Part shown: positions 12,708 to 26,355 of the stretch, piece by piece | How positions within the stretch are numbered: the stretch's first letter is position 1 | Layout: each line of letters begins with the position of its first letter | Source: Octopus vulgaris | Taxonomy: Eukaryota | Direction: 5' to 3' | NCBI GenBank assembly: GCA_951406725.2 | Contig: OX597817.1 | Location: 82,584,001-82,648,000, forward strand | DNA: 64,000 nt | Notes under the pieces: generated by a model | Told to the model about the DNA's origin: nothing | The model's input: the letters and a program-made list of their open reading frames with translations, nothing else | The model's database searches: none | Translations under genes and position numbers: made by a program

Positions 12708-15700
12708 GCATATATATATATATATATACATGCATATATATATATACATATATACATGCATAAATATATATACATATATATATATATACATATATATATA
12801 TACATGCATAAATATATATATATGCATATACATATATATACACATATATACGTACATATATACATGAATGCATGCATATATGTATGTATGCATGTATACA
12901 AATGTCATACACATTATACACACAATACATACATACATGCCACACACAATTTACAACTAAGTTGTTTAAATTTAAATTTTAATGTTTTTAGAAATTGTCT
13001 CTGCTCAGATACATACATACACTTGAGATCATGAGTGTGTGTAAAAAAAATTATCAATTTCAAAGATTTTTGCTTTATTTTAATATTTCTCCTCTCTTGG
13101 AAATCTAATCAGAAACTCAATGCTTTGATCCTGAAACACTAATCCTTAACCATAACCGTAATCCTAATCCTAAAGTTCTAATCCTAACCAAAAACTAAAG
13201 TCTTCTTTGCAGGATTGTGACCTACAGTGGAAATGAAAAAATTTGATGACCAGTGAAAATATAAAAAAAAAAATTAACTTTTTTTTTTTTCAGAATGACA
13301 GAAAAGATTTTTATTAAAGGATATGAAATAAAAGACTTAGACAGGTCAGGGTTTACATTTAACAACACTACCAATATACATATTCTCTAATTTGTATCTA
13401 ATTCTATTTGAAATTTATCAGTTAAGTTAGCGGAAGGTGAACTTGTGTGATTTATCTACATCATTTCAAGTTCCTTTAATTCAGCACCATCTTCAAACAT
13501 ATTTAACTCATTAGTGTTCAAATTGACTAAAACCAGTACAAATATTCTACTTTTTTATGTTAAAATTGTCAAAATCTGGTCTTTGACATTTACCGTACAA
13601 TGTCATCCTAAAAATATACAATCACATCATTGTATTCTCAAAGTCGCAAAATAATGCATGTTTAATAAAACACACTTACCAGTAAAATTTCCACTTATTT
13701 CTTATTTTTATTTTCCTAAAATTTTCGTTGCGTCTTGCAATGAGTCAAGACTAATGAAAAAAGTTGCAAGACGCAACGAAAATTTTAGGAAAATAAAAAT
13801 AAGAAATAAGAGGAAATTTTTCCGGTGAGTGTGTTAAATTATAAGGCACAAAAAGAAAATGACTCTCCTCAGACCCAATAGAATATGCTTCAATACACAA
13901 ACTCATATAAAGAATCTTGCAAACTAAATCCAAAAACGAAATACAATGGGTAATAACAAGCATTACATTTGATAGTGTAATCTAAATGCTAAAGGGTTAA
14001 TTGACATATTAAGCTAGAATTGCAATAAACAAGACATTTCAGTTGGATTGTCAAGCATGACTGATGAAACAATAGAAATTATCCAACCATCCCATTCTTG
14101 ATCTACCCTGAGGTCTCCTGCCAATTAGCATGACTTGAAGAATCTATCTTGCGATTCTTTCCTGCGACATTCTAACTACATGTCTGTAGCACCAACAGTA
14201 GAGTGCTGGCTAATTACTATAAAACATCCAGTGTAATGCTGTCATCAATGAAGTTAAATCCATTAAACACTTTAATTAAATTCCTAATTAATGGGAACAA
14301 AGCATGACTATAACTCCTCAGGCATATCAAATGACAAGTGGTATACTGATTAATAGCAAATACACAAGATAAAGTACTTTTCTTCTAAATTATGTCATTC
14401 TTTATCACAGTTCACTGTCCTGGTTGCATTGAGGATGTAGAATATCATGAAGATGCACATTGTGTAAATGGATAACAATGCAGTGGTATCAAAAAGAGTT
14501 TGGAACTAGAAATTGTTGTTGCTGAGACATATTTTTTTACCACAGAAACTATCTTTTGTACAATATTTCGATTTTGTATCTAATTGAGCATTACAATAAT
14601 ATAGAATAAAAATTCTTTCACGTTCACACCTTCAAAAACCAAATATCAGTTTTGGGGGAAAGGAAAAACATACGTTTTGTATTAGAAAAACATCTAACTT
14701 TGGCAAGGTGAATACTTTAGTACCAGTGGGCTCAGGAAATGTAGAAGCATAAAGATTTCCTTTTGAAAAAAGGTTGTTACAAGGGTAAACAAAAATGTTA
14801 TTATTTACCTCAAAGTTCTTGGGAGAGAAAAACAAAAATATTACATCAATCAATCAATCTCTTTCCTTATGCATACATACACACACATACATACATAATA
14901 CATACATAAGTATAACACTAATGAGGATATATTAAATAACATACAAGATAAATTGTTCATTTATTGAAATTATCACCACTTCCAGACAGGGCAAAATAAT
15001 AGCATTGGGACAATTAGTACCTATTCCGAATAAGAAAGAAAGATAAAAGTATTCCACAAAACTGATGGGGGTGTCCCAGCATGGCCACAGCTCATGAGCT
15101 GAAACTAGATGAAATAAAAAATAAAAAAATAAAAGTGCCACTAAAGAAAAGACACTCTGATTGTCTGAAGACAAAAGAACTGCTGGCAACAAGTGTTTCT
15201 GCCTAAATAGGAGTCATCAGCAGAAGCATGTGTTCACAACTGATCTCTTGTCAACTGAATTACCTACACCTAAATTAGTGTTAATTAAATGGTTGAGTAT
15301 TCCTAAGATACATGTAAACTTTAAGCTAATTCTCAGGTAGAAACAGTGTAACATGGTTGTACCTTTTGAATTACATGTTAAATTTATCAGATGGGCTTCT
15401 CTACAGTTTCCATCTATCCAATTTTAGTCATCCAAATCTATTGAAGTATAACACTTACCCAAGATGTTATGGACTGGGATCAAAACTGGGACTTCACAAC
15501 CATTTGAAAATACTCTGCCTACATATTTTGTAGACACACACAATACACACAAACTTGTATGTGTGTGTAATATATACATGTATATATGTGTATTTCAAAA
15601 TCTTGCTGTAGGTGAACAAAGAAAGTAAAACAGTAGACATGCAGTCTAAGCTATTAATGTGTAGGAAAACGAAGGAGAGAGTTTTCTGATAGACTGTTTC

Positions 15701-18700
15701 ACAGTCTGATAACCACTGCTCAGAGAAGACATACTTGGCTTCTTTCCCCAATCAACTGCATATTGTAATCAGTTACTATATAAAGCAGTTATAAATTAGG
15801 CCAATGTGATGAGGGAAAGTCAAATCTGCATATTTTATGCTTTAAATTAAACAATTAATGTCTTTGCTTAATATTTGTCACTCTATCTACAATGGACTCT
15901 TTTAGCATTCTTCTATGGAAGCAAATCTCTGCAGTATTGATAAGCTTTTGCATATGTTTCAAGTCACATAGCAATATATAGGGATGGGCTAAAGCAGCAA
16001 GTCGGCAGAATCCTTAGCACACACTGGACAAGATGCTTAGTGGCATTTTGTTCATCTTTATGTTCTGAGTTCAAACTGTACCAATGTTGACTTTACCTTT
16101 CATCCTTTTGGGGTCCTTAAAGTAAGTGCCAGCTGAGCACTGGAGTCAATGTAATCGACTTAACCCCTCCCCCAAAATTGCTGGCCTTGTGACAGAATTT
16201 GAAACCAATATGTTTGATAGGTTCTATGTATTCTCCTGGAACTCTTTTCCTCATTTCACTTGTAGCTGTTTATTTGACAAGATACAAACGGTTTCATCAC
16301 ATGCAGCTTAGGGCAGCCCAATCTTTGACTTTAATTCTTTTATGCTTTCTTTTTCCTCATCTGTTATAATAATGACTCTCAAATATTTAAATCTAGCAAC
16401 TTGTTTCAAATTTGTTCAATTCTTCCTCATAGTTCAATTCTTCCTCATTCAATCCTCACATATCACCAATAGAGTTAGATTTTAATCATTGCCTCCAGAT
16501 TCTCATTTTCTAAGTGTTAATTCCTATAACAATATATTCAAATCATACTGACAGCGAAATATCAAACCAAATAGATAAATATTATTACTCACCCAAAACC
16601 AGAATATTTGATGTAAAAATTGAGATAACAATTTACTAATAATTACTTCTTAAGCTCTACAACACAAATTGCTTTTCAAGATAATTTAAACCTTCATCCT
16701 TAATCACTATCTAATTCCATCCAGACTGTCACCTATTTATAAGCTGATAAAATTAAATTAAAATCAATTAAAAGTGAGCTTAATAACTTAATAATAATCA
16801 CTCAATTAAAAGTGAGCTAATAATTTAATTATAATCACTCTACAACACAAAATACTATTTGAGATAATTTAAACCTAGAATGTTGAATTCTACCTAATTC
16901 CACCCAGATTTTCACAATTTATGAGCCAATAAAATTAAATGAACTATAATTAAATGCTTAAATATAAAATTGTATCTTGTGAGCTTTCTTGAATTACTTG
17001 ACTGCTATTTACTTGAATGCGTCTTGCTCACAAGAGGTTGGATTTAGCCAAATGCTTCTAAAAAGACAAAATAAACATCAAAGATGTTTTCAGAGTTGTA
17101 TAGTATTATACCGATAAGATGATATTATCTTTATCACTAATTCATTTAAACTAAACATATGAAACATACAGTTAAAGAATATACAGCTATAATACTGTCT
17201 AGTTAATCTGGACATGTCTGTCTGTGCCTATATCAAACCGATGAACTTTCACAATGATATCAATGTGCATAATTAGGACATTTGAACAAATCTAGTTTCA
17301 AATGAAATTATACAAACCTTATTAGGGTCGTTTATTCTCTCTTTCCAAATTGAGTTAATCAGAAGAGCACACTCTCTTCTGCTCATTGCTCTGTTGAACA
17401 CTTTTCCCTCATATCTCAGAAAAATTGGAACACTTTTGTCAAAACCCTTTCAATGTTTAAAATAAATAAGACATTAACAGCCATTTGAAGCATTATTATA
17501 TGAATATAAGAAGAATAATGTAAGCTATCACAATGCAGCACATTGAAAAAAGTAAATTAATAAATGTATTTAATACTTTGTCTCAGACAATGTTAATTGT
17601 AGACAATATAAAACCAATTACAATTGTTGTAAATCAATTGATTCCAAATAAAACGCTTTTCATTAAATAGTATTTATATAATATACTAGTAGTATAGCCC
17701 GACGTTGCTCGGGTTTGTTTTCTTTTCGACCCTTTAGAATTGGAAGTTTTGAAAGTAAAAATTTTGCATTATGTAGCTCTTTAAGTGAACATTTTTCTGG
17801 TTGAAATACACTGAAAAATGGCGACACAGCTGTCAAAAGATCGTAAAAAATAGGGATTTTCATAGAAAAAAGGCACCTTTTTGATGTAAATAATTTTTGG
17901 TCTTAACATGGTCTGATTTGAATTTTTTCTTCTACATGCTCTCAATTTTGGTCAACTTGCACCACAGGGTCTTGCAGGAGATAGTGTTAGTTGGAGGCTA
18001 CGAAACATGCCACACACAGACAACTTCAGCTTTATATATAAAGATTTATGTAATATATATAAACTACACACACACACATTCAGCATCACTGCTAAGCAGT
18101 GATTAAGAATAAGTGAACTAAAGTTTAGCTAAAATATGATTTTGTGACATATTTTAGCTTATAAAGGCAAATTCACAAAAGTTACCGTGAAGAAAAAATT
18201 CTCTTATGGTAAAAAGCATAAAAACACCAGATCTGCCCAGTACTTCCTCAAGCTGATTCCAAAATGTGTGTTTCTGGCTCTCAATGGGAAATACTGAAGA
18301 GAGAAAACCCTGGGCAGATTCAAAGCTGTAACTTTAATTAAAAAGCAGTCAACATCAGTGACTGAGTTGCACTTGTGGCCCACCTGACTGGAATAAAAAT
18401 AGTAGTATCAGCACCAAACAGTGATTATGGATGAAAATTTTCTACAGCTGATACCCTTCCTGTCGCCAACCCTCACTTGTTTCCAAGCAAGGTAATATTT
18501 TCCCCATGGCCAGAAATATTTTATATAGGTGCAGGAGTGGCTATGTGGTAAGTAGCTTGTTTACCAACTACATGGTTCCAGATTCAGTCCCACTGCGTGG
18601 CACCTTGGGCAAGTATCTTCTACTATAGCCTCGGGCTGACCAAAGCCTTGTGAGTGGATTTGGTAGATGGAAACTGAAAGAAGCCTGTCGTATATATGTA

Positions 18701-21700
18701 TGTATATATATGTGTGTGTGTGTGTTTGTGTTTGTTCCCCTAACATCGCTTGACAACCGATGCTGGTGTGTTTACATCCCTGTAACTTAGTGTTTCGGCA
18801 AAAGTGACTGATAGAATAAGTACTAAGCTTACAAAGAATAAGTCCTGGGGTCAATTTGCTCAACTAAAGGCAGTGCTCCAGCATGGCTGCGGTCAAATCA
18901 CTGAAACAAGTAAAAGAGTAACATTGAAAATGATACCGCTTGTATGGCTGTGACACTCATTTACAACTACCGTGTGATGTCAAGACAAGAAGATGCAAAC
19001 ACATACTCACACACATATGATAACTTCTTTCAGTTTCTGCTGATGTAATTCAATCACAAGGCTTTTTAGAGTGGAAGACAGAGAGACAGAAAGAAATCGA
19101 TGGTATGTATGTATGTATGCATGCATACATACATGCATACATACATACATATGAACGAGAATGGGCCCCAACTAAGCGAACCTGTTTGTTGGCTACATTG
19201 AGGCCCAAATATTCTAAACTTTCACTGGTCCCACTCCTGAACAATACGGTTGTTATATTGATAACTGTATCGGTGCAACTTCACTCTCCCATGAACATCT
19301 ACTCTTTCCTCTCTTTTGTCAAATCTTTCCCTCCTGCCCTATTTCCGACACCTCAGTCGCCTTTCTCGACATTTCGGTCAGCACTCATCATTCCACTCTC
19401 ACCACCTCCATCCACTATAAACACAGAGACTCACTCTCATATCTTAACTTCTCCTCCTTCCACCCTAAACACACAAAGCTCTCCATCACCTATTTCCAAT
19501 TCCTCCATCTACACAGGCTCTTCCAATAGGTTAGTTTGTTTGACAAAGGCTGGCAAGATGAAAAGCTGCACCAGACTCACGGTTTCTATAGCTGGATGCC
19601 CTTTCTAATGCCAACCACTCCACGAGTGTAATGGGTGGTTTTATGTGCCACCAGCACAGGTGCCATTTGCATGACACCAGCATCTACCATGACTGATTTT
19701 ACTTGGCTTGATGGGTCTTTTTCTCAATACATGGCTTAAAGGTCATGTTCTAAAACACAAAACAGAGACACTTGTCTAACATATATATATAGATAGTAAT
19801 AAGAAACTCTAAGGAGAGATGAACAGAAGAATGACTTCAAAGAAGACTACATCCACATGCAAGAGTTTCAGTCCTTAAATCCTCACACTCTAAGGAAGCC
19901 AGGTCACATCCAGGGATACTCCTCTGGTGCTGCATTCTATGCTACTGTTTGGATTGCAAGCTCTTGTTTTTGGTTGGGTCAAGATGCTCCAGAGCTAAGA
20001 CATTTTGGCTGTCATAACCACCTCAGTCTGAGATACCAGCTGTATATAGGATTAGTTATACCTTCTGAAGTTCACTTTCATTCCTCCTTGACCAGATCCA
20101 ATTGGAGCTCTTTTTAGCTGCTTTTAACATTGTTTTAAGAGCTCTGATCCTCTTTTCCACAGAAATTGAGCATTGTGATATTTGATCATATGGAGATTTA
20201 CCAACATACTTCTTTGCTCCTGTGTTTATGGTGAGGACTTTGGCTTGGAAGCATGATTCACAAAATTTGATGGTTCAATTGCCATAATTATTAGTCTCAT
20301 AGATGTGAGGTTCTTCGATTTTGCTGTCATAAGGCACAGTGAGTTCAATCACAATAAACTTGTTCTGATGAAAGTGAAATGGAATACAAAGTCTGGTCTC
20401 ATACCACTCTTGTTAATGATATTTGGTTGATTTTCCCATTCTGGAAAGTCTACAATGCACCCCTATCATTTACTCTATATCCAGTAGACCCTACTTCTAT
20501 GATTCAATTGCCATAGCTGTTCCAGGCCACAAGTATTTTGCCTCATGCTATATAAAACATTGGTGGAGCTTCTGGTGGCATCATCTTACCGGTCACGGTA
20601 CAAATCACATATATAATCACACTGAGCACTTGATTGTGTCTTCATATGTACCTCCCTTGGGTTAGTGTCACTTTACACCAGCTCAGGACATGTTCAACTG
20701 TGTGTTTGCTTTGGCAGAGTGGGCATGCAGGGTTATCTAATATCTTCCACCATATTACGTTTATATTTCACGGCAGGAGACTATATACAACCTTGAAGAT
20801 CAAGGTGATTCTTAGAAGAGCCATATACTGTATGTCATTCTGCTGAGACTTCTTTGGAGTACATTCTTCCACATTGTCCATTGTCCCTGTTTATCCTGAT
20901 GAACTGCGTTCAGGATTCCCTTGGTATATTCTTCCATGCTCATTATATTTAATTCCCCTTTGACCTTTAACTGCCATTCCATTGAACCTTGACCCTGCCT
21001 ATTAGTCTGTGTGAAAACAAGCTCCAAACAAGACTCTCTTACAGCTAATTAATTGAGGCACACAGAGCAGCACTGAATGGAATACAGGTAGGTACAATAC
21101 TGTTTGATATGTGTGTATAGATTTGTACAGGGAAAGACATATGCCATAAAAATTGTCTTCAGAGAAAAAAATTCCCCTTATAGATAATACATTTTAGTGT
21201 GCATGAACATGTTAACCCTATAGTATTTAAACCAGCCATATCTGGCCAAAATATTCAACCTATTTGATGTTCAAACCAACTGGATCCTGCCTCTCACACC
21301 TACCCTAAAATGTCATTCTAAAAATAAACAATGACACCATCAAAATCTTGAAGCTGTGAGATAATGTATGATTAATTAAAAAATATGTGAATGAACAAGC
21401 ATTGCATTTGACAGAGTAATCTGAATGTTAAAAACTTAAATATGATTGTACACACATGTATCTTTTACAGTTAATTTCCTGTATTCACTACAATAACTGT
21501 TTCCATTCCCATTATTCGCCAAGTCTTCCAATTAATAGAATTATTCCAGATACAGCTTATAGTAATATCGCATTTTCAGATATATTTCCAAAACTCTTTG
21601 AAATTCAGATGCAATGTATTTATTTTCATGTGTTTCTTATTTTATTTATAATATGTCCATTTCACTTGTTAGATTGTTCATATGACAACAACTATCTACA

Positions 21701-22136
21701 TAGTGGCATAGCATGCCAAGGCTTTGCATAATTTATGTTTAGCGAAAGTTTCTTGTAAGCAACAGAGAAACTGTTTGTATGAAAGGAAATCATTTTTAGA
21801 TAACAACAGTTTTGAGATACTTGCTATACAAAGATTCTATGGTTAGAAAAGTTTCATAACTGCTCACTACCACTACATTATTTTTTTTTCTTCTTCTCTA
21901 CATTTTATTGCATTCAAACAGTAATTTATTGAAATATTTCAAATGTGTAAAACTCTTCCAGAACAATCAACAACCTTCACCTATATTTGACATAAATCAA
22001 AAGATTTCATCTTTGTGTAAACTTTCAACCTATATACGTCTCTTTGCTTTCTAAATAATTTGATAAACTTGGCTTTCTCTCATACATAATTTCAATAGGA
22101 ATCCTACACAAGCTTTAGGATTACTTCATTCTACAC

Positions 22137-22189
<53 letters not shown>

Positions 22190-24847
22190 CACATAATAAA
22201 GATAAAATTTGTATTCTTTGGAAATAAATCTTTAACGGTTATCTCTTTATATTTTAGACATTATGAAAACAAAAAAATAAGTTGTTAGATTAATTGTACT
22301 CTGTGACCCATCTAAAAACACAACTAAACATCTAATCAGTGTGCCATGCAGGCAAGCAAGCAGCCAGCCAAACAACTAACCAATGCAGTGTGTTTGCGAC
22401 TGCAATGTTGTGTGTGGGAGGGATCTTGACATTTATCCTAATAATAGCTAGATCATGCTAGACCAGAGAGTAATGAATCTACATTACATTTTAAAGTGAG
22501 TGCACTTCTTGATTTGAAGGCAAAAAGTCCTTATCAAATTAATAGAAAAATGTTCAGTTTAATTTTGGACAGGTTTCAGAAGCCCTAGGAAACACTAACA
22601 TCCTAAGGGGCTCATTTTCATACCACAGTAATATTAGCAAGAAGTGTCTAATGTATCATGGCTGTGAAACCATATGGTTTTGGGTTCGGTCCCACTACAT
22701 GGCACCTTGGTAAAGTGTCTTCTACTGTAGCCTCAAGTCGACTAATGCCTTGTGAATGTGTTTGGTAGACTGAAACTGTACAGAAGCCAATAGTATAAAT
22801 GTGTGTGTGTGTGTGTATTTGTGTTTTTGTTTGTCCTCCATCACCACTTGACAGCTGATGTTGGTTTGTTTTATGTCCTTGTAACTTAGTGATTTGACAA
22901 AAGAGACTGATATGTACTAAACTTGTAAAAGGAAAATTAAGTACAGGGATGATTTGTTTGGCTAGAACCCTAAAGAGTGGTGCCCCAGCATGGTTGCAGA
23001 CCAAAGTCTGAAACAGATAAATGATAAAGGATAAATTAAATTCCTGGTTAGATTACTGACAAAACTGTGTCTTCCAATTACTGTGGCTAACATTTTATTT
23101 TCTAAAATAAATCATAAAAGGTTTCATTTAATTGTAACAGTATGTTCATGATAAAATTTCTCTCAGTTATTACCCAAGAATTTCTCTGATAACTCACTAT
23201 ATTTTTGTATCTTATGCATAAAAAAAAAGACAAAGTGAAACATTTCAAAGCTAACCTTTCCTTTAAAAGGAACAGTATTTTGATTCATTCTAGCTCCATT
23301 TTGCTTCATTTGTTCCAAAATCTTCAATAACTGTTCATGAGTGTTTTTATTCTCTTCTATTACAAGTGTTGTGTAATCAAGAGACTTCTTCCATGGAAGA
23401 CTGCAAAACGGAAAAAAATAGATTAAAAAATTATGTTGATATTAGAATGTTACTTGTCATACAGTGGGTAAGTTGAGAAGTATATACTTTTGTCGCCAAG
23501 GTCAATATCAGGAAATATGCATACATATAATTATTATAATTCAACTTTTATCAAATTTTCTGGTGCTTATACAAAAATGATGAAATGAACATAAATTTTC
23601 AAAAGGAAAATATTAATTACTTCAGAATAAAATCAATTAAAACCAATTTGTCATTAGTATAACCTTTCCCAAAATAACTATCATTTACTCCCTCTATTCC
23701 TTCTTTGTTTTTAAGATTCTTTCTTACTGTGTGTTGTATGTGTGTTAGTGTATGTGTATGTATGTGTAAAGCATTTATCCTGCACCTCTTATGGCAAGAA
23801 ACCTCAACAAGAAACCTTATATAATGGCCCCTTCTCTCATACTTTAACCCTTCATCTCCAAGCAAAAAGATGCCTCCCTGTCAACACAGCCCCATTTAGT
23901 CAAAGGGTGTCTTAGTCTTTCAAATTCATGGCCACACCCTTAATGTTGGTGCCATGTAACAAAAATCACCCAGTTCATGCTGTAAAGTGGTTGATGTTAG
24001 AAAGGGTGTCCAACCATTACACCATGCTGAAGTAGACATTGGAGCACACACAATGCAGTCTGAGGATCTGTTGGATCTAGTCAAACTATCTTACTTATGT
24101 CAGCATAGAACATGGACCTTGAACATTCCACTCCTTAATGAAATAAAATATAACATACCTGCCTTTTGTCAATTACTATTCAATAAAATTAATCAAGCAA
24201 AAATTAATGTCACATGGACTATAAACGATGATGATGGCAAACATAGTGATGAAAATGATGATGATAATAAGCTAATTAGATAATGTTTATCCTATTGTCC
24301 TCTGTCTTAACATGACCTGACATTGATTAATATAACAACATACATAGTGCATAGCATACTCCCAGTACAAACTAGCATATATATAAATATATATATATAT
24401 ATACATATCAAAATAAGCAACAAGGATACCCACAGTAGAGTAGTACAATTGTTTCATGCTACTTCATTTTATTAAACTCTGTAAGTATTACATCAGTTTT
24501 AAAATGTAGAGTAATCTTCAGCCACATAGAATTTTTCAATTAAACGGACAATGCAGATTCTTATACTTATTGAAATGAAATAAGTATAAGAATGTGCATT
24601 GTCCGTTTAATTGAAAAATTCTATATGTGGCTGAAGATTGCTCTACATTTTAAAACCGATGTAATACTTACAGAGTTTAATAAAATGAAGTAGCATGAAA
24701 CAATTGTACTACTCTACCTTGGATATCCTTGTTGCTTATTTTGATTATAACCACCCCATTTGATTTATATGGATGATACCATACAAAATTCTGGTGCCTT
24801 TAACTTAAGTACCATATTCATCTGAATCTAAATTTTGCTGAACTTAC

Positions 24848-24879
<32 letters not shown>

Positions 24880-24880
24880 T

Positions 24881-24935
<55 letters not shown>

Positions 24936-26317
24936 AAAAAATCAAAACAAATCAAAATAGATGAACATCAATGGAATCTGTATCCTTGTGGTACCAGTGC
25001 CGGTGGCACACACTTTGTGGTACCAGTGCCGGTGGCACACAAGAGAACCATCCGAACGTGGCCGTAGCCAGTTCCGCATCGACCGGCCTCCGTGCTGTGG
25101 GCACGTAACAAACACCATCTGATCATGGCCGTTCGCCAGCCTCATCTGGCACCTGTGTCGGTGGCACATAAAAACACCTTCCGAAGACCCGGCAAGACTA
25201 GTCAGTCCACCTGTGCATACCTTCCTTCTTGTGACACTTGTGAAGACTGGTTGAGGCAAGTGAAAATCAAAAATCAAATCAAATCAAAATAGACAAAATA
25301 GATGAACATCAATGGAATTTGTATCTTGTGGTACCAGTGCCTGTGGCACACAAGAAATCCATCAGTGCTGTGGTCAGTGCGGTGGGCACATGACAAACAC
25401 CATCCGATCGTGGCCGTTCGCCAGCCTCATCTAGCACCTGTGTCGGTGGCACATAAAAACACCATCCGAAGACCTGGCAAGACTAGTCAGGCCATAACCC
25501 ATGGCCCCTACTTGGGACGTAGTCAGTCCACTTGTGCATACCTTCCTTCTTGTGACACTTGTGAAGACCTGCTGAGGCAAGTGAAAATCAAAACAAATCA
25601 AAATAGATGAACATCAATGGAATTTGTATCTTTGTGGTACCAGTGCCGGTGGCACGTGGCACATAAAAAAACCATCCGAACGTGGCCGTAGCCAGTACCG
25701 CATCGACTGGCCTCCGTGCTGTGGGCACGTAACAAGCACCATCCGATCGTGGCCGTTTGCCAGCCTCATCTGGCACCTGTGTCGGTGGCACATAAAAACA
25801 CCATCCGAGCGTGGCCGTCTGCCAGCCTCATCTGGCACCTGTGTCGGTGGCACATAAAAACACCATCCGAGCGTGGCCGTCTGCCAGCCTCGTCTGGCAC
25901 CTGTGTCGGTGGCACATAAAAAACACCATCCGAGCGTGGCCGTCTGCCAGCCTCGTCTGGCACCTGTGTCGGTGGCACATAAAAAACACCATCCGAGCGT
26001 GGCCGTTTGCCAGCCTCGTCTGGCACCTGTGTCGGTGGCACATAAAATCACCCACTACACTCTCGGAGTGGTTGGCGTTAGGAAGGGCATCCAGCTGTAG
26101 AAACACTGCCAGATCTGACTGGACTGGTGCAGCTTTCGGGCTCCCCAGACCCCAGTTGAACCGTCCAACCCATGCTAGCATGGAAAGCGGACGTTAAATG
26201 ATGATGATATATATATATATATATTATATATCCACATATATATATATATATATATATACATATATATATCATCATCATCATCATCGTTTAACGTCCATTT
26301 TCCATGCTAGCATGGGT

Positions 26318-26355
<38 letters not shown>

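Noticed and set aside
15180-15225. Minus-strand hammerhead-like CTGATGA...GAAAC-ACTT-GTT
   Set aside because: Stem II closing pairs and stem I register are broken; too degenerate to call.
25737-26047. CRISPR-like regular repeats
   Set aside because: Units are head-to-tail with no unique spacers, lie in a LINE 3' UTR in eukaryotic DNA, and no cas genes are present.
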